64,000 nt of DNA, from assembly GCA_963820625.1 (NCBI GenBank), contig CAWGAV010000017.1, positions 32,888-96,887 of the forward strand. Direction: 5' to 3'. The position numbers were made by a program, and so were the translations under genes. The notes under the pieces were generated by a model, which was not told the origin of the DNA, did no database searches, and was given only the letters and a program-made list of their open reading frames with translations. The stretch is from an uncultured delta proteobacterium. Lineage in GTDB: Bacteria > Desulfobacterota > BSN033 > UBA1163. Of this stretch, positions 37,793 to 48,323 are shown piece after piece. How positions within the stretch are numbered: position 1 is the first letter of the stretch; each line of letters opens with the position of its first letter.

Positions 37793-39157
37793 ATGTTGGT
37801 TAAACTTTTGTTAAGCTTCCTTTTTATTGTGATAGGTTTCTTCCTCTGGCTTTCATACCTTAACCCTTTGGTTGTGGAATTTCATTTTTTTGGTAAGACT
37901 TTTGAAACGGAACTTTCCATCCTCATGATCTCCTCTTTTGTGTTGGGTGCGATGTTGGTCTTCATCGGCACACTGACCCGAGATGCCAAACGGGCCGTCG
38001 AAGGCTATCTGAAATCTCGCCAAAAAAGGCAAGAGGAATCCCTCAAGGAGGAATTGAATAAGGGGATGGATGTTTTCCTTCGGGGGGATCTGGCAAAGGC
38101 CAAAACCCACTTCATGGAGGTATTAAAGAGGGACCCCACCCAGATCGATCTCTATCTCCGGCTTTCGGAGATCGCCCTCCAAGAGGGCAAGGATCAGGAT
38201 GCCCTTCATTGGTTGGGAAGAGCAGAGTTGATCGATATGAAGAATATAAACATCCTTCTCCGTCAGGCAGGGGTGTACCAGCGCATGAAGCGATTCGATG
38301 AAGCCATCCGGGTCCTGAACCGCGCCATCGGTTTGGATGAGACGAATCTCAAAGCACTGAAAAGTTTGAGGCAGATCTATCTGGATAGCAGAAGGTGGGA
38401 GGAGGCAATCCGAATCCAAAGGTCACTTCTCAAATCCACCAAGGGGAAACAGGCAGAGGAGGAGGAGACCCTTTTCTATTTGGGATTGAAATTTGAGCGT
38501 GCCAGAGATCTTTTAAGCCGTGGGGGGGAACAAAATCTGGAGAATGCCCTGAAAGAGGCCAAAGAGATTATTCGAGAACGGAAGACCTTTCAGCCTGGAT
38601 TTGTATTGCTGGGTGATATCTACCTCCAAATGGGAAAATGGGGCACAGCCGGGAATGTTTGGGGGAAGAGTTTCACCCGATTCAAATCCATTGTCTTCAT
38701 CCTTCGCTTGGAAGAGCTTTATCTCAGCCGAGAAGATCCGAGCACTCTCCTCCGCATCTATCAAAGGGTACTCAAGCACAATCCTGAAAATTGGGTGCTC
38801 GCCTTCTTCTACGCCAAGCTTTGTTTGAGATTGGAAATGTTGGATGAAGCTCTTGAGGAGATCAACGAAATCAGTTTAAGGGTAAAGGATCTTCCAGCCC
38901 TTCACAGGCTTCTCGCAGAAATCTACCTCCACAAAAAAGACTTTGGTCGTGCAGCCCAGGAATTTGAAAAGACTTTCGAATTGAGCGGGACTTCCTACCT
39001 TTCCTTCTTTTGCACCACCTGCGAAAGGGAATCGAAGGAATGGATTGCCTACTGCCCTCAATGTCATCAGTGGAGCACCTATACGATCAAGGAAGCCGAA
39101 AAAGCGATCCCCTTACCTTCTCCTTCTTTTCCTGAAAGGGTTCACCTCCCATTGTAA
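37793..39157 (+). CDS. lapB: Fused LapA-like (two-TM DUF1049) and LapB/YciM-like TPR protein with C-terminal rubredoxin-type zinc ribbon
   Basis: N-terminal double TM (LLSFLFIVIGFFLWL...ILMISSFVLGAMLVFIG), TPR repeats, and terminal CTTCERESKEWIAYCPQCHQW. Confidence 0.6.
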   Translation: MLVKLLLSFLFIVIGFFLWLSYLNPLVVEFHFFGKTFETELSILMISSFVLGAMLVFIGTLTRDAKRAVEGYLKSRQKRQEESLKEELNKGMDVFLRGDLAKAKTHFMEVLKRDPTQIDLYLRLSEIALQEGKDQDALHWLGRAELIDMKNINILLRQAGVYQRMKRFDEAIRVLNRAIGLDETNLKALKSLRQIYLDSRRWEEAIRIQRSLLKSTKGKQAEEEETLFYLGLKFERARDLLSRGGEQNLENALKEAKEIIRERKTFQPGFVLLGDIYLQMGKWGTAGNVWGKSFTRFKSIVFILRLEELYLSREDPSTLLRIYQRVLKHNPENWVLAFFYAKLCLRLEMLDEALEEINEISLRVKDLPALHRLLAEIYLHKKDFGRAAQEFEKTFELSGTSYLSFFCTTCERESKEWIAYCPQCHQWSTYTIKEAEKAIPLPSPSFPERVHLPL

Positions 39158-39226
39158 TTTTCTACATTCCATTCAACCATGATGTCTGTTCTGCCTATCG
39201 CAGACAGGCATCAACTGGAATGAATC

Positions 39227-39952
39227 ATGGAATTTCAATCAACCCTCTTCCAGTTTTTTCTTCCCCCGCAATGTCCCTGTTGCGAAAAATTCTTGGAAGA
39301 GGATCAACAAGGATTCTGTTCGAATTGTCTTTCGGAGATCCGCTGGATCGAACCTCCCTTTTGCTCCATTTGTGGAATCCCCTTTATCTCTAAAGAGGTC
39401 GAAAGCCATCCTTGTGGTGCTTGTGTGACCCACAGAAAATATTTTACAATGGCAAGGGCTTTGGGAGCCTACGAAGGGTCTCTCCAGGAGGCAATCCATC
39501 GTTGGAAATATGAGGGGAAGACTCACCTCGCCTTTTTTTTTGCGGAATGGATGGCAGAGGGGTTGAATCGTTATTGGGAACCTGACTCTCTCGATCTTTT
39601 GATTCCCGTCCCGCTCCATACCCATCGATTAAGGGAAAGAGGGTTCAATCAAGCCCTCCTCCTCGTAAAGGAGTTAAGCCGTCGGACAGGAATTTCTTAC
39701 CGGAAAACGATCCTTCAAAAGAAGAAACCCACCATTCCTCAAGTGAATCTCAGCGGTACAGAAAGGGAAAAGGGGTTAAGGGAGGCTTTCCATGTGGTCG
39801 GGAAAGAGGAGCTGGAGGGGAAATCAGTTCTTTTAGTCGATGATGTTTACACCACTGGAGCGACGGTCAACGAATGCTCAAAGGTGTTACTGAGAGGGGG
39901 AGCCAAAAGGGTAGATGTCCTCTCTTTGGCCCACGCTATCAAAACATCATAA
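39227..39952 (+). CDS. comF: ComF-family protein (double zinc ribbon plus phosphoribosyltransferase domain)
   Basis: CPCCEKF...CSNC...CSICG...CGAC, then PRTase motif VLLVDDVYTTGAT. Confidence 0.7.
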   Translation: MEFQSTLFQFFLPPQCPCCEKFLEEDQQGFCSNCLSEIRWIEPPFCSICGIPFISKEVESHPCGACVTHRKYFTMARALGAYEGSLQEAIHRWKYEGKTHLAFFFAEWMAEGLNRYWEPDSLDLLIPVPLHTHRLRERGFNQALLLVKELSRRTGISYRKTILQKKKPTIPQVNLSGTEREKGLREAFHVVGKEELEGKSVLLVDDVYTTGATVNECSKVLLRGGAKRVDVLSLAHAIKTS

Positions 39953-40051
39953 ATTTTTTAGGTGCGGTGGGGAATTTTAAATTCGAAGCACGAAATCCGG
40001 ATTTCGGATTTTTACCATTGAAATGGCATGAAAGGGAGTTAAGAAAAGTAA

Positions 40052-43000
40052 ATGCGACGTTGCAAAAAATGGTCTCTTCTCTGGATATTGATTCCGATCC
40101 TTGTCGTCGGAGCCTTCATTTTTTTATCGATCAATTATCTCCTCGACCCTAATATTTATCGGAATATCCTTCAGAAGTCCTTGACGACCGCCCTGGACAG
40201 GGAGGTCTCCATTGGGAAGGCAAAAATATATTTGTGGGGCGGAGTGGGGATTGCCTTTGAAGATTTCCGAATAAAGGATCGCTCTCTGGCCTTTGATCTC
40301 CTTCAGTCCAAAAGACTGATCTTAAGGGTCAAGCTTTTTCCTCTCCTCAAAAGGGAAATCAAATGGAAACGGATTGTTGTCGATCGGCCTATTTTGCATC
40401 TCATCAGGGATAAAAACGGTCAATTCAATATTTTCTTCGACGGTTCTTTGACCGGTGAAAAGCTGAAGGAAACCCAGAAGAAGATTTTGGAGGCGCTCAC
40501 CTCCCTTTTCGGAGGCTCTTTAGCCCTCCGAGAGGGGGAGATTTTCTTTTCAGACGAGAGTCTGGGCGATTCCCCCTTGAAAACAGAGATACGATCCTTC
40601 AATCTCGAACTCTCAAAGGTCTCCTATCGTAAAGCCTTCCCGTTTCGAATCAATGGGAGGATCATTCATTCCAAAAAAGACGGTCCGTTTTCCATCAATG
40701 GAACCATTCAGAATATTCCTGAGGACCTGGATTTTTCAAAGGGAAGAGTGGAAGCGGAGATGAAGATCAAAGGGATGGAAACGTTCCATTTCTGGCCTTA
40801 TCTTAAAACGATGCTTCCCATGAAAACGATTTCAGGGATCCTCGACCTGAATGCCAATTATCAAGGAGACTTCCAGGGGACCTTTAAGACCTCTGCAAAA
40901 ATCAAATTTAAAGAACTCCTTTTTGACTATCCTCAAGTTTTTTCATACGTTCTAAAACCGAAATGGGTGAACATCGATTTCGATGTGGACTATGATTTAA
41001 AAGATCTCAGGATCCCCCGGTTTTCTATCGAATTGCCTGAGTTATGGGTTAAGGCGAAGGGGAGAATATATGACATCGGATCGAAAGAAATGGGCATGGA
41101 GGCCGAAGCACAAAGCAGCCCCTTCGATGTTGCAGAAGGAAAGAAATTCATCCCCTTCCGGATCATCACTCCAGACGTTTCGGAACACCTTTTCCGGGCA
41201 GAAGGAAAGGGTTCCTTCCAGATCGTTTCCATCAGGCTTGCAGGAAAGATGCCAGAGATTGATCACTGCGATCAACCGGCGAATGCCCATGTCCTATCCA
41301 TCGAGGGAAAACTCGATGGAGCTTGGTTGAAACTTCCCTGGAACTTCCCATCTTTTGAAGACCTCAAAGGCCGGCTTCTCTTTCAAAAAGGTCATCTTTA
41401 TCTCAAAGAGGTCGAAGGGAAAATCTATCATTCGACCCTGGAGAAAATCAACGGGACATTCTATGAGCTTCTGCATGATTCGACGCTCCAAATCGAGTGT
41501 CAAGGCAAATTCGATTTGATGGATCTCCCCTCTCTCGCAAAGACCGAAGGGATCCCGGAAGAATTCAGCCGTGCCCTTTCGTCCATCAACATTCTTTCAG
41601 GAAAGGCACAATATTCCCTCTCTGCCAAAGGACTCCTGAAGCCTCCCATCCGTTTCCAGCACCATGAGATCTTTCATTTTTCAAAAACCCGGTTCACTCA
41701 TCAACAAATCCCATTCCCGATCCAAATGGGAGAGGGACGAGTAGAACTTTCCAACAAAGATCTCCAATGGTCAGAGACAAAGGTGGAGTTTGGTAATTCC
41801 TCTCTGATGACGAATGGTTTCTGGAAACACGGAGAGAAAGATCATCCTCTCGAGATCAAGGCCAAGGGAAGAATGGATCTCAAAAATCTTTTTGCTCTCT
41901 TTCAAACTCCTCTCTTCTCTGAAGAAGTACGATCAAAAACAAATACCTTCGAAGCCCTTTCAGGAACAAGCCAAATCTCATTCAAGGGGAAGACCCTTCC
42001 AGGAACTTCCCCTTTCTCCTATGAAGGGGAGTTTATCCCCAGAGAAGCTTCATTCCTGCAAAAGGGAAATCCTATTCCCCTTGTATTAAAGGAAGGGGGG
42101 ATCTCGTTTTCCAACCTGGGGATAGTTTTTTTGAAGACAAGGGTCCAAACGGGTAGTTCCTCTCTGACGTTGGACGGATTTGTCAGAGAGGGAAATGTGA
42201 ATCTCTCTACACGGGGTTCGATTGATCTAAAGCAACTATTCTCGTTGATGAAGTCACCCCTCTTTCCAGACTCAATCCGATCGCAGGTAGAAGGGATTCA
42301 TGAAATCGCTGGAGGGGCAGAGGTCCGTCTGAAATGGCTGGGGAAGATGGAAACATGGATCAGCGCCTTAAAGGAAGGGGAGATCCGATTGAAAGGGATC
42401 GCCATTCAACATCGAGAGATTCCTGTTCCTCTCTCCCATATCGAGGGTTCCTTTTGGGTCACCCCGGAGCAAATTCGATTCGATGAGTTGAAGGGAAAGG
42501 TGGGAGATTCTCCTCTCACCGTTTCCGGCACTCTCTCCCGGGGCTCGCCTTCTTCTCCTATCTCTTCCCAAAAGGTTGGAAAAGGCTCCGGCTTGACGGA
42601 ATCTGGCAGAAGACTCTCCTTCCAGATCTCTTCTCCCCAACTGGATCTCGATCAGCTCTTTCCGACGAGAGAAGGCCCCTCACATGTCTCTTTTGAAAAG
42701 ATAGGAGATTGGCTTTCAAATTGGTCGATTGATGGCAAAGTGCAGATCGACAAGGGGAAATATCGAAGCCTTCATGTTCAAGATCTAAAGGGAGAGATGA
42801 AGACGGTTGATGGAACATTGCTCATCCATCCCTTTCAATTCAAATCAGATGGAGGGGATTTCTGGGGCGAGGGATGGATAAAACCTACGGAAAAGGGGAT
42901 AAGATTTGAGATCAAACCCCGTCTCTCGAATATGGAAGCCAAGGCCTTTATCCGAACCCTCTTCCAAAAAGGGGAGGAGGAAAGGGTCATGATCACCGGA

Positions 43001-43600
43001 AGGGTTCACGTTGATAAAGTGGAGTTAAGAGGTGAAGGAGAGGATTTCCAAAAAATAAAGGAGTCTCTCAATGGGAATTCGAGGTTTGAAATCGAGAATG
43101 GAGTGATCGAAAGATTTAATATCCTTTCTAAAATCTTCTCCATCCTCAATGTCTCCCAGTTGTTCAAGGGAAGGCTTCCGGATTTGAAGACGAAGGGACT
43201 TCCTTACCACAGTATGATGGCGACGATTCATGTCAAGGAGGGCATTGCTGCCACGAATGATTTCTTGGTGGACAGCGATGCCATGAGGATTACTCTTTTA
43301 GGAAAGATCGATCTGGGTAAGAACTTGATTGATGCGAGGATAGGGGTTCATCCCTTAGTCACGATCGATACGATATTAAGTAGTGTTCCCATTGTGGGTT
43401 ATATTCTCACGGGCAAGGACAAGGGTTTCATCTCTTATTTCTATGAGGTAAAAGGAAATCTGGATGATCCAAAGATTGAGGCCATTCCATTAAAAAGCAT
43501 CACAGAACCCTCTTGGGGAGTCATCAAACGCTTACTCGAAACACCTCTGAGGCCCTTCCAAAAGACCCCTTCATCAAATCATAAAGAAAACAATAGTTAA
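40052..43600 (+). CDS. AsmA-family (YhdP/TamB-like) large envelope protein
   Basis: 1182 aa. N-terminal TM anchor, then a long predicted beta-rich repetitive body and an AsmA-like C-terminal region. Confidence 0.55.
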   Translation: MRRCKKWSLLWILIPILVVGAFIFLSINYLLDPNIYRNILQKSLTTALDREVSIGKAKIYLWGGVGIAFEDFRIKDRSLAFDLLQSKRLILRVKLFPLLKREIKWKRIVVDRPILHLIRDKNGQFNIFFDGSLTGEKLKETQKKILEALTSLFGGSLALREGEIFFSDESLGDSPLKTEIRSFNLELSKVSYRKAFPFRINGRIIHSKKDGPFSINGTIQNIPEDLDFSKGRVEAEMKIKGMETFHFWPYLKTMLPMKTISGILDLNANYQGDFQGTFKTSAKIKFKELLFDYPQVFSYVLKPKWVNIDFDVDYDLKDLRIPRFSIELPELWVKAKGRIYDIGSKEMGMEAEAQSSPFDVAEGKKFIPFRIITPDVSEHLFRAEGKGSFQIVSIRLAGKMPEIDHCDQPANAHVLSIEGKLDGAWLKLPWNFPSFEDLKGRLLFQKGHLYLKEVEGKIYHSTLEKINGTFYELLHDSTLQIECQGKFDLMDLPSLAKTEGIPEEFSRALSSINILSGKAQYSLSAKGLLKPPIRFQHHEIFHFSKTRFTHQQIPFPIQMGEGRVELSNKDLQWSETKVEFGNSSLMTNGFWKHGEKDHPLEIKAKGRMDLKNLFALFQTPLFSEEVRSKTNTFEALSGTSQISFKGKTLPGTSPFSYEGEFIPREASFLQKGNPIPLVLKEGGISFSNLGIVFLKTRVQTGSSSLTLDGFVREGNVNLSTRGSIDLKQLFSLMKSPLFPDSIRSQVEGIHEIAGGAEVRLKWLGKMETWISALKEGEIRLKGIAIQHREIPVPLSHIEGSFWVTPEQIRFDELKGKVGDSPLTVSGTLSRGSPSSPISSQKVGKGSGLTESGRRLSFQISSPQLDLDQLFPTREGPSHVSFEKIGDWLSNWSIDGKVQIDKGKYRSLHVQDLKGEMKTVDGTLLIHPFQFKSDGGDFWGEGWIKPTEKGIRFEIKPRLSNMEAKAFIRTLFQKGEEERVMITGRVHVDKVELRGEGEDFQKIKESLNGNSRFEIENGVIERFNILSKIFSILNVSQLFKGRLPDLKTKGLPYHSMMATIHVKEGIAATNDFLVDSDAMRITLLGKIDLGKNLIDARIGVHPLVTIDTILSSVPIVGYILTGKDKGFISYFYEVKGNLDDPKIEAIPLKSITEPSWGVIKRLLETPLRPFQKTPSSNHKENNS

Positions 43601-43768
43601 GAGTTCAGGGTTAAAAGTTTGAAAAACTCTATACAAATATTTTTTTTCACAAATTAAATTTTTTCTTGACAAATAACAATATGTTGTTGTAAACATCTCT
43701 AGTCATACTAAATATAGCCCATCCAGAAATCTTTTTAACCCATCTTTAACAAAATAAGGTGAGATAAA

Positions 43769-45910
43769 ATGGCAACTGTAATCGAGATGAAAGGGGAACA
43801 TCAGGAATTTAAAGGAGAGGTGGAAACCACAGATATGGCCCTCTTCGTCCGCACCTCGGACGAAGCGATGTTAGGCTGGGATCGGCAGAGAATTGTCGAC
43901 GCCCTCATCCGTGAGACCTATGTAGATTTCGATACAGCGAAGGAAATTGCTCGGGAGGTGGAGGATTTAATTGCCACCTCTAAGATCAAAATGATCACCG
44001 CCCCGCTCATCCGTGAACTCGTGGACACCAAACTGGTCGAAAGGGGGCTCGAGCAGGCCCGCAAGATGCACACCCGTTTGGGAATGCCTCTCTATGATGT
44101 CGATCAGCTCATCCTCCATCCCAATAAAGAGAATGCCAATGTCCCTCATGGGCCTGAAGCCACCAATCTTACCTTAGCCGAAAGGATTAAAAAGGAATAT
44201 GCCCTGCTTTCTGTCTTCTCTCAGGAAATTGCCGATGCCCATATGCGTGGGGATATCCATCTCCACGATCTGGGTTTTATTGATCGGCCTTACTGCAGCG
44301 GTCAATCCCTCGAATACATCAAACGCTTTGGCCTGAGCCTTCCCAACTCGATCGCCATGGCCAAGCCTGCCAAACATCCTGAGGTGTTGCTCGCCCATAT
44401 GGTGAAATTTGCTGCCGCCCTCCAGAGTCATTTTGCCGGAGCGATCGGTTGGGATTCCATCAATCTCTTTTTCGCACCTTATCTGGAAGGCATGTCAGAC
44501 CAAGAACTGGAACAACTGGCTCAGATGATGATCTTCGAATTCTCCCAGCAAGCTGTGGCCAGAGGCGGACAGGCCATCTTCACCGACCTCAATCTCTATT
44601 GGGAAATCCCAAAACATTTTGAAAATGTTCCTGCCATCGGGCCGGGCGGGGAGTTTACAGGAAAGACCTATGGTGATTATCTGAAAGAATCCCAACACTT
44701 TGCCAAGGCGCTCTTCAACGTCTATCAAGAAGGAGATGGATCCGGAAGGCCCTTCTTCTTCCCGAAACCATTGGTTCATATTACAGAAAAATTCTTTAAA
44801 ACCCCTGGTCATATGGATTTTCTTGACCACATCTGTGATGTCGCTTCTGAGAAGGGAAATACTTACTTCGTCTTCGATCGTGGGGAGACAGCCAAAATCT
44901 CTGAATGCTGCCGCCTCAGTTTTAAATTGGATCAAACAGACCTCGAAGATGCCAAACAACCCTGGAAGATGCGATACTGTGCTCTCCAGAACGTGACGCT
45001 CAATCTTCCAAGAATCGCTTACCTGGCGAAAGGGGAAGACTCTAAACTCTTTTCTAAAATTGCCGAGTTTGTCGAAATGGCGGTCAAGGCCCATCTGGAA
45101 AAGAAACTCTTTATTGAAAGACTTCTCTCTTTAGGGGAAAAGGGGCCTCTGGCGTTGCTGGCTATGGACCGGGATGGATCTCCTTATTTAAGGATGCACC
45201 GTGCCAGTTTTTTAGTCGGGATGGTGGGGCTCAATGAACTGGTTCAAATTCATACCGGGCAGGAGATGCATCAATCCAAACAGGCTTTTAAATTCGGCCT
45301 CAAGGTGATTGCCCATATGAAACTACTGGTGGACAAGTTCAGCCAGCGCTATGGGATGCGTTTTGTTCTGGAACAGACACCCGCAGAATCCACAGCCTAC
45401 CGATTTGCTAAATTAGACCTTAAATTTCATTCCCCAAAATCGGGACATATTGTAAAGGGCGATATCTCAAAAGGAGAAGTCTATTATACGAACTCCACCT
45501 ACTTGAACAATTCTGCTGTCCTCAATCCCATCGAGCGAGTAAGGCAAGAAGGCCTTTTCCACCCTCTGATCGAGGCGGGTGCATTGACTCATATCTGGTT
45601 GGGTGAGGCAAGGCCTTCGAAGTCATCGTTGGCCAATTTTGTGATTAAAACTTTTCAATTGACCCAAAATGACCAGATCGCCTTCTCTCCGGAGTTCACC
45701 ACCTGTAATGGCTGCAATCGAACGAGCCGGGGCCTTCGGTCATCTTGTGCTTACTGTGGATCGGTGGATGTGGATGGCATTACACGGATCACTGGCTATT
45801 TCACGAAAATCTCCAGTTGGAATAAAGGGAAGCTTGGAGAACTCCGGAACCGGTATCGAAACCAAGCCTTTTTAGAGGAGAGAGAAGAGGGAATGGCACT
45901 GGAAGCTTAA
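43769..45910 (+). CDS. nrdD: Anaerobic ribonucleoside-triphosphate reductase (class III)
   Basis: 713 aa. C-terminal Zn site CNGCNRTS...CAYCGS and glycyl-radical loop RITGYF. Confidence 0.85.
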   Translation: MATVIEMKGEHQEFKGEVETTDMALFVRTSDEAMLGWDRQRIVDALIRETYVDFDTAKEIAREVEDLIATSKIKMITAPLIRELVDTKLVERGLEQARKMHTRLGMPLYDVDQLILHPNKENANVPHGPEATNLTLAERIKKEYALLSVFSQEIADAHMRGDIHLHDLGFIDRPYCSGQSLEYIKRFGLSLPNSIAMAKPAKHPEVLLAHMVKFAAALQSHFAGAIGWDSINLFFAPYLEGMSDQELEQLAQMMIFEFSQQAVARGGQAIFTDLNLYWEIPKHFENVPAIGPGGEFTGKTYGDYLKESQHFAKALFNVYQEGDGSGRPFFFPKPLVHITEKFFKTPGHMDFLDHICDVASEKGNTYFVFDRGETAKISECCRLSFKLDQTDLEDAKQPWKMRYCALQNVTLNLPRIAYLAKGEDSKLFSKIAEFVEMAVKAHLEKKLFIERLLSLGEKGPLALLAMDRDGSPYLRMHRASFLVGMVGLNELVQIHTGQEMHQSKQAFKFGLKVIAHMKLLVDKFSQRYGMRFVLEQTPAESTAYRFAKLDLKFHSPKSGHIVKGDISKGEVYYTNSTYLNNSAVLNPIERVRQEGLFHPLIEAGALTHIWLGEARPSKSSLANFVIKTFQLTQNDQIAFSPEFTTCNGCNRTSRGLRSSCAYCGSVDVDGITRITGYFTKISSWNKGKLGELRNRYRNQAFLEEREEGMALEA

Positions 45911-45970
45911 TCAATTAGCAATGATCAATTCTCAATGATCATTTTTCATTGATTCATTAAGGAGGAGGGA

Positions 45971-46240
45971 ATGGGGTTAATAAAAATTTTTACGAAAGCG
46001 AAATGCCCGAAATGTCCTGCTGTCAAAGAGATTGGAACGGAGTTAAAGAAGGAAGGAGTGCCCGTTTTTAATTACGATCTGGACACGATGGATGGTCTGG
46101 CCGAGGCCTCCTTTTATAGCATTCTCTCCACCCCTTCCATTGTCATCGAGGATGAGGAGGAGAGGGAGGTGATCAGTTGGAGAGGGGTGGTCCCGACTCT
46201 CCAGGAGGTGAAGCAGCACCTGTTCAGGGGTATTCTCTGA
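45971..46240 (+). CDS. Glutaredoxin-like thioredoxin-fold protein
   Basis: 89 aa. IKIFTKAKCPKCPAVKE has a CPxC redox motif. Confidence 0.55.
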   Translation: MGLIKIFTKAKCPKCPAVKEIGTELKKEGVPVFNYDLDTMDGLAEASFYSILSTPSIVIEDEEEREVISWRGVVPTLQEVKQHLFRGIL

Positions 46241-46458
46241 ACCGAATGTTGAGATCTTTCAAAAATTGGAAAAGAAGCTCTGAGTGCGAATGAAGATTTT
46301 TTCGGTAACAATTCTTAGCGAAGCGAAATGACAGCAAATTAAATGTTTGAGCCCGAAGGGCGAGTTTTTAATTTGCATTGTCGAAAAAATGTTTTGAGCA
46401 ACGAAGAGCGACTTTTTCTGACATTTTATTATCTTTCATAATAATATGGAATTTAACC

Positions 46459-47139
46459 ATGATCGAGATCAAAGGATTTTTGGAAACTTCCTTTTTGGAT
46501 TGGCCGGGAAAACTCTGCTCGGTGCTTTTCCTTCCCTACTGTAATTTCCGCTGTCCTTACTGCCACAACCATCCCCTCGTCTTCCATCCTGAGCAGTATG
46601 CTACCATTTCATTGGAAGATATTCTCGCTCGCCTTCATTCTTTAAAAAATTGGATCGATGGGGTTTGCCTCACAGGCGGAGAGCCTACTCTCCACGTGGA
46701 CCTTCCATCACTAATCCAAGAAATAAAACGACATGGATTTCTGATCAAACTGGATACCAATGGTTCAAACCCTCAGATGTTAGAAATTTTGATTGAGGGA
46801 GGAGAGATTGATTTTATCTCGATGGATGTGAAGGCGCCCTTGGACCCGTTTCGTTATTCGCGCTCCACCGGCCTTCCCATCAACCTAAAACCCATTTTAG
46901 AGTCGATCGAAATCCTGAAGAAAAGAAAAGCGGAGTATGAATTTCGAATAACCGTTGTTCCAGGACTCCATAGTCTGGAAGACATCCAAACCCTTGGGGA
47001 TCAGTTGAAGGTGGGCCGAAGATTCATCCTCCAGAGCTTCAATTCAGAAAATCCATTAGACCCTTCATTGAAAAACATCGCTCCTTATGATCCAAAGGTA
47101 TTGAAGAAAATTGAGAAAGAAATTCAGGAAATGATGTGA
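46459..47139 (+). CDS. nrdG: Anaerobic ribonucleotide reductase activating protein (radical SAM)
   Basis: MIEIKGFLETSFLDWPGK...CNFRCPYCHN. Start chosen at the internal Met that matches the NrdG N-terminus. Confidence 0.8.
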   Translation: MIEIKGFLETSFLDWPGKLCSVLFLPYCNFRCPYCHNHPLVFHPEQYATISLEDILARLHSLKNWIDGVCLTGGEPTLHVDLPSLIQEIKRHGFLIKLDTNGSNPQMLEILIEGGEIDFISMDVKAPLDPFRYSRSTGLPINLKPILESIEILKKRKAEYEFRITVVPGLHSLEDIQTLGDQLKVGRRFILQSFNSENPLDPSLKNIAPYDPKVLKKIEKEIQEMM

Positions 47140-47209
47140 ATGCCTTTGTATCTTCAAAGTTAATTTGATATACTTGCCCAAATTCCATATAAGTACCAAA
47201 TAGGAAGCA

Positions 47210-47280
47210 CTAAACTGTATAGCGGTTAGCGAAAAGGATTTCAACGCCATGCTCTATGCGCTATGCACCATGCGGTTTCA
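47210..47280. repeat. GCATAGCG-type short repeat cluster
   Basis: CTGTATAGCGGTTAGCG...CCATGCTCTATGCGCTATGCACCATGCGG, downstream of nrdG. Confidence 0.45.
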
Positions 47281-47290
47281 GGAATAGGAG

Positions 47291-48322
47291 ATGAATTCCC
47301 TCTCTCTTAAAGAAATTCGGACGAAAGTGGAGGCTCTGGAGAATGAAATCCGTCTCCAGAGATCCATCCTCGAAGTCATTCAAGAACCATTCTTCATCCT
47401 TGACCAAAAAGGAGATTTTCTAAAGATCAACCCAAAAGGGATGGAAATACTGGGATATCCCCCGGAAGAACTTCAGCAGAGGGTCTTCATAGATGTTGTT
47501 CCTCTCGAAGACCTGGCCAGGGTCCGAGAAAAGTTCGAGGAGATGGGCCAAGAGAAAGAGGTTCGATTCAGGACACAGATAATCAGTCGGTTAGGAGAAC
47601 GAATTCCTGTTGAATTCTTCGGGACCTTCAGGGAGGATGTCTTTTTCATTACCCTGAAAGATTTGAGAGAAAGGATCGAGATCGAAGAGGAGTTTGAAAG
47701 GACAAAGAAGGAGTTCGCGGAAAAGATTCGAGAAAGAGATCTATACGCCCGGGAACTTCAGGTGATCAGGGACCTCTATAAGGAGAAATTGAAGGAGATC
47801 GGGGAGATGAGAGAGGAAGCTGTGCGTCTCTCTTATACCGACGACCTGACCGATATTTATAACCATCGTTTTTTTATTGAACAACTAACCCTAGAGGTGG
47901 AACGCCAAAAACGTTACGCCACCCCTCTTTCCCTTCTCATGATCGATATCGACTATTTTAAACATTACAACGACACCAATGGCCATTTGGCTGGAGATCA
48001 GGTGTTGAAGGCCATTGCCATCCTCATCCAGCGGGGTGTCCGGCAGAGCGATATTATCGCTCGTTATGGAGGAGAGGAGTTTTCTGCGATCTTAATCAAC
48101 ACAGGAAGGGAAAAGGCTTTAGAAATTGCAGAGAGGGTGAGAAGAAATGTGTCCGATACTCGTTTCCCCAACGAGAGTGCCCAGCCCAATAAAGATTTAA
48201 CCGTGAGTGTCGGAGTTGCCACATTTTCCTCTTCCATCTCTACCCTCACCGATTTGATCCGTGAGGCAGATAATGCTCTCTATCGGGCGAAGAAAGGAGG
48301 CCGTAATCGCATCGAGGGATGA
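47291..48322 (+). CDS. PAS-sensor diguanylate cyclase (GGDEF)
   Basis: PAS-like N-terminal region. RYGGEEF active site and DxLT. Confidence 0.75.
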   Translation: MNSLSLKEIRTKVEALENEIRLQRSILEVIQEPFFILDQKGDFLKINPKGMEILGYPPEELQQRVFIDVVPLEDLARVREKFEEMGQEKEVRFRTQIISRLGERIPVEFFGTFREDVFFITLKDLRERIEIEEEFERTKKEFAEKIRERDLYARELQVIRDLYKEKLKEIGEMREEAVRLSYTDDLTDIYNHRFFIEQLTLEVERQKRYATPLSLLMIDIDYFKHYNDTNGHLAGDQVLKAIAILIQRGVRQSDIIARYGGEEFSAILINTGREKALEIAERVRRNVSDTRFPNESAQPNKDLTVSVGVATFSSSISTLTDLIREADNALYRAKKGGRNRIEG

Positions 48323-48323
48323 G

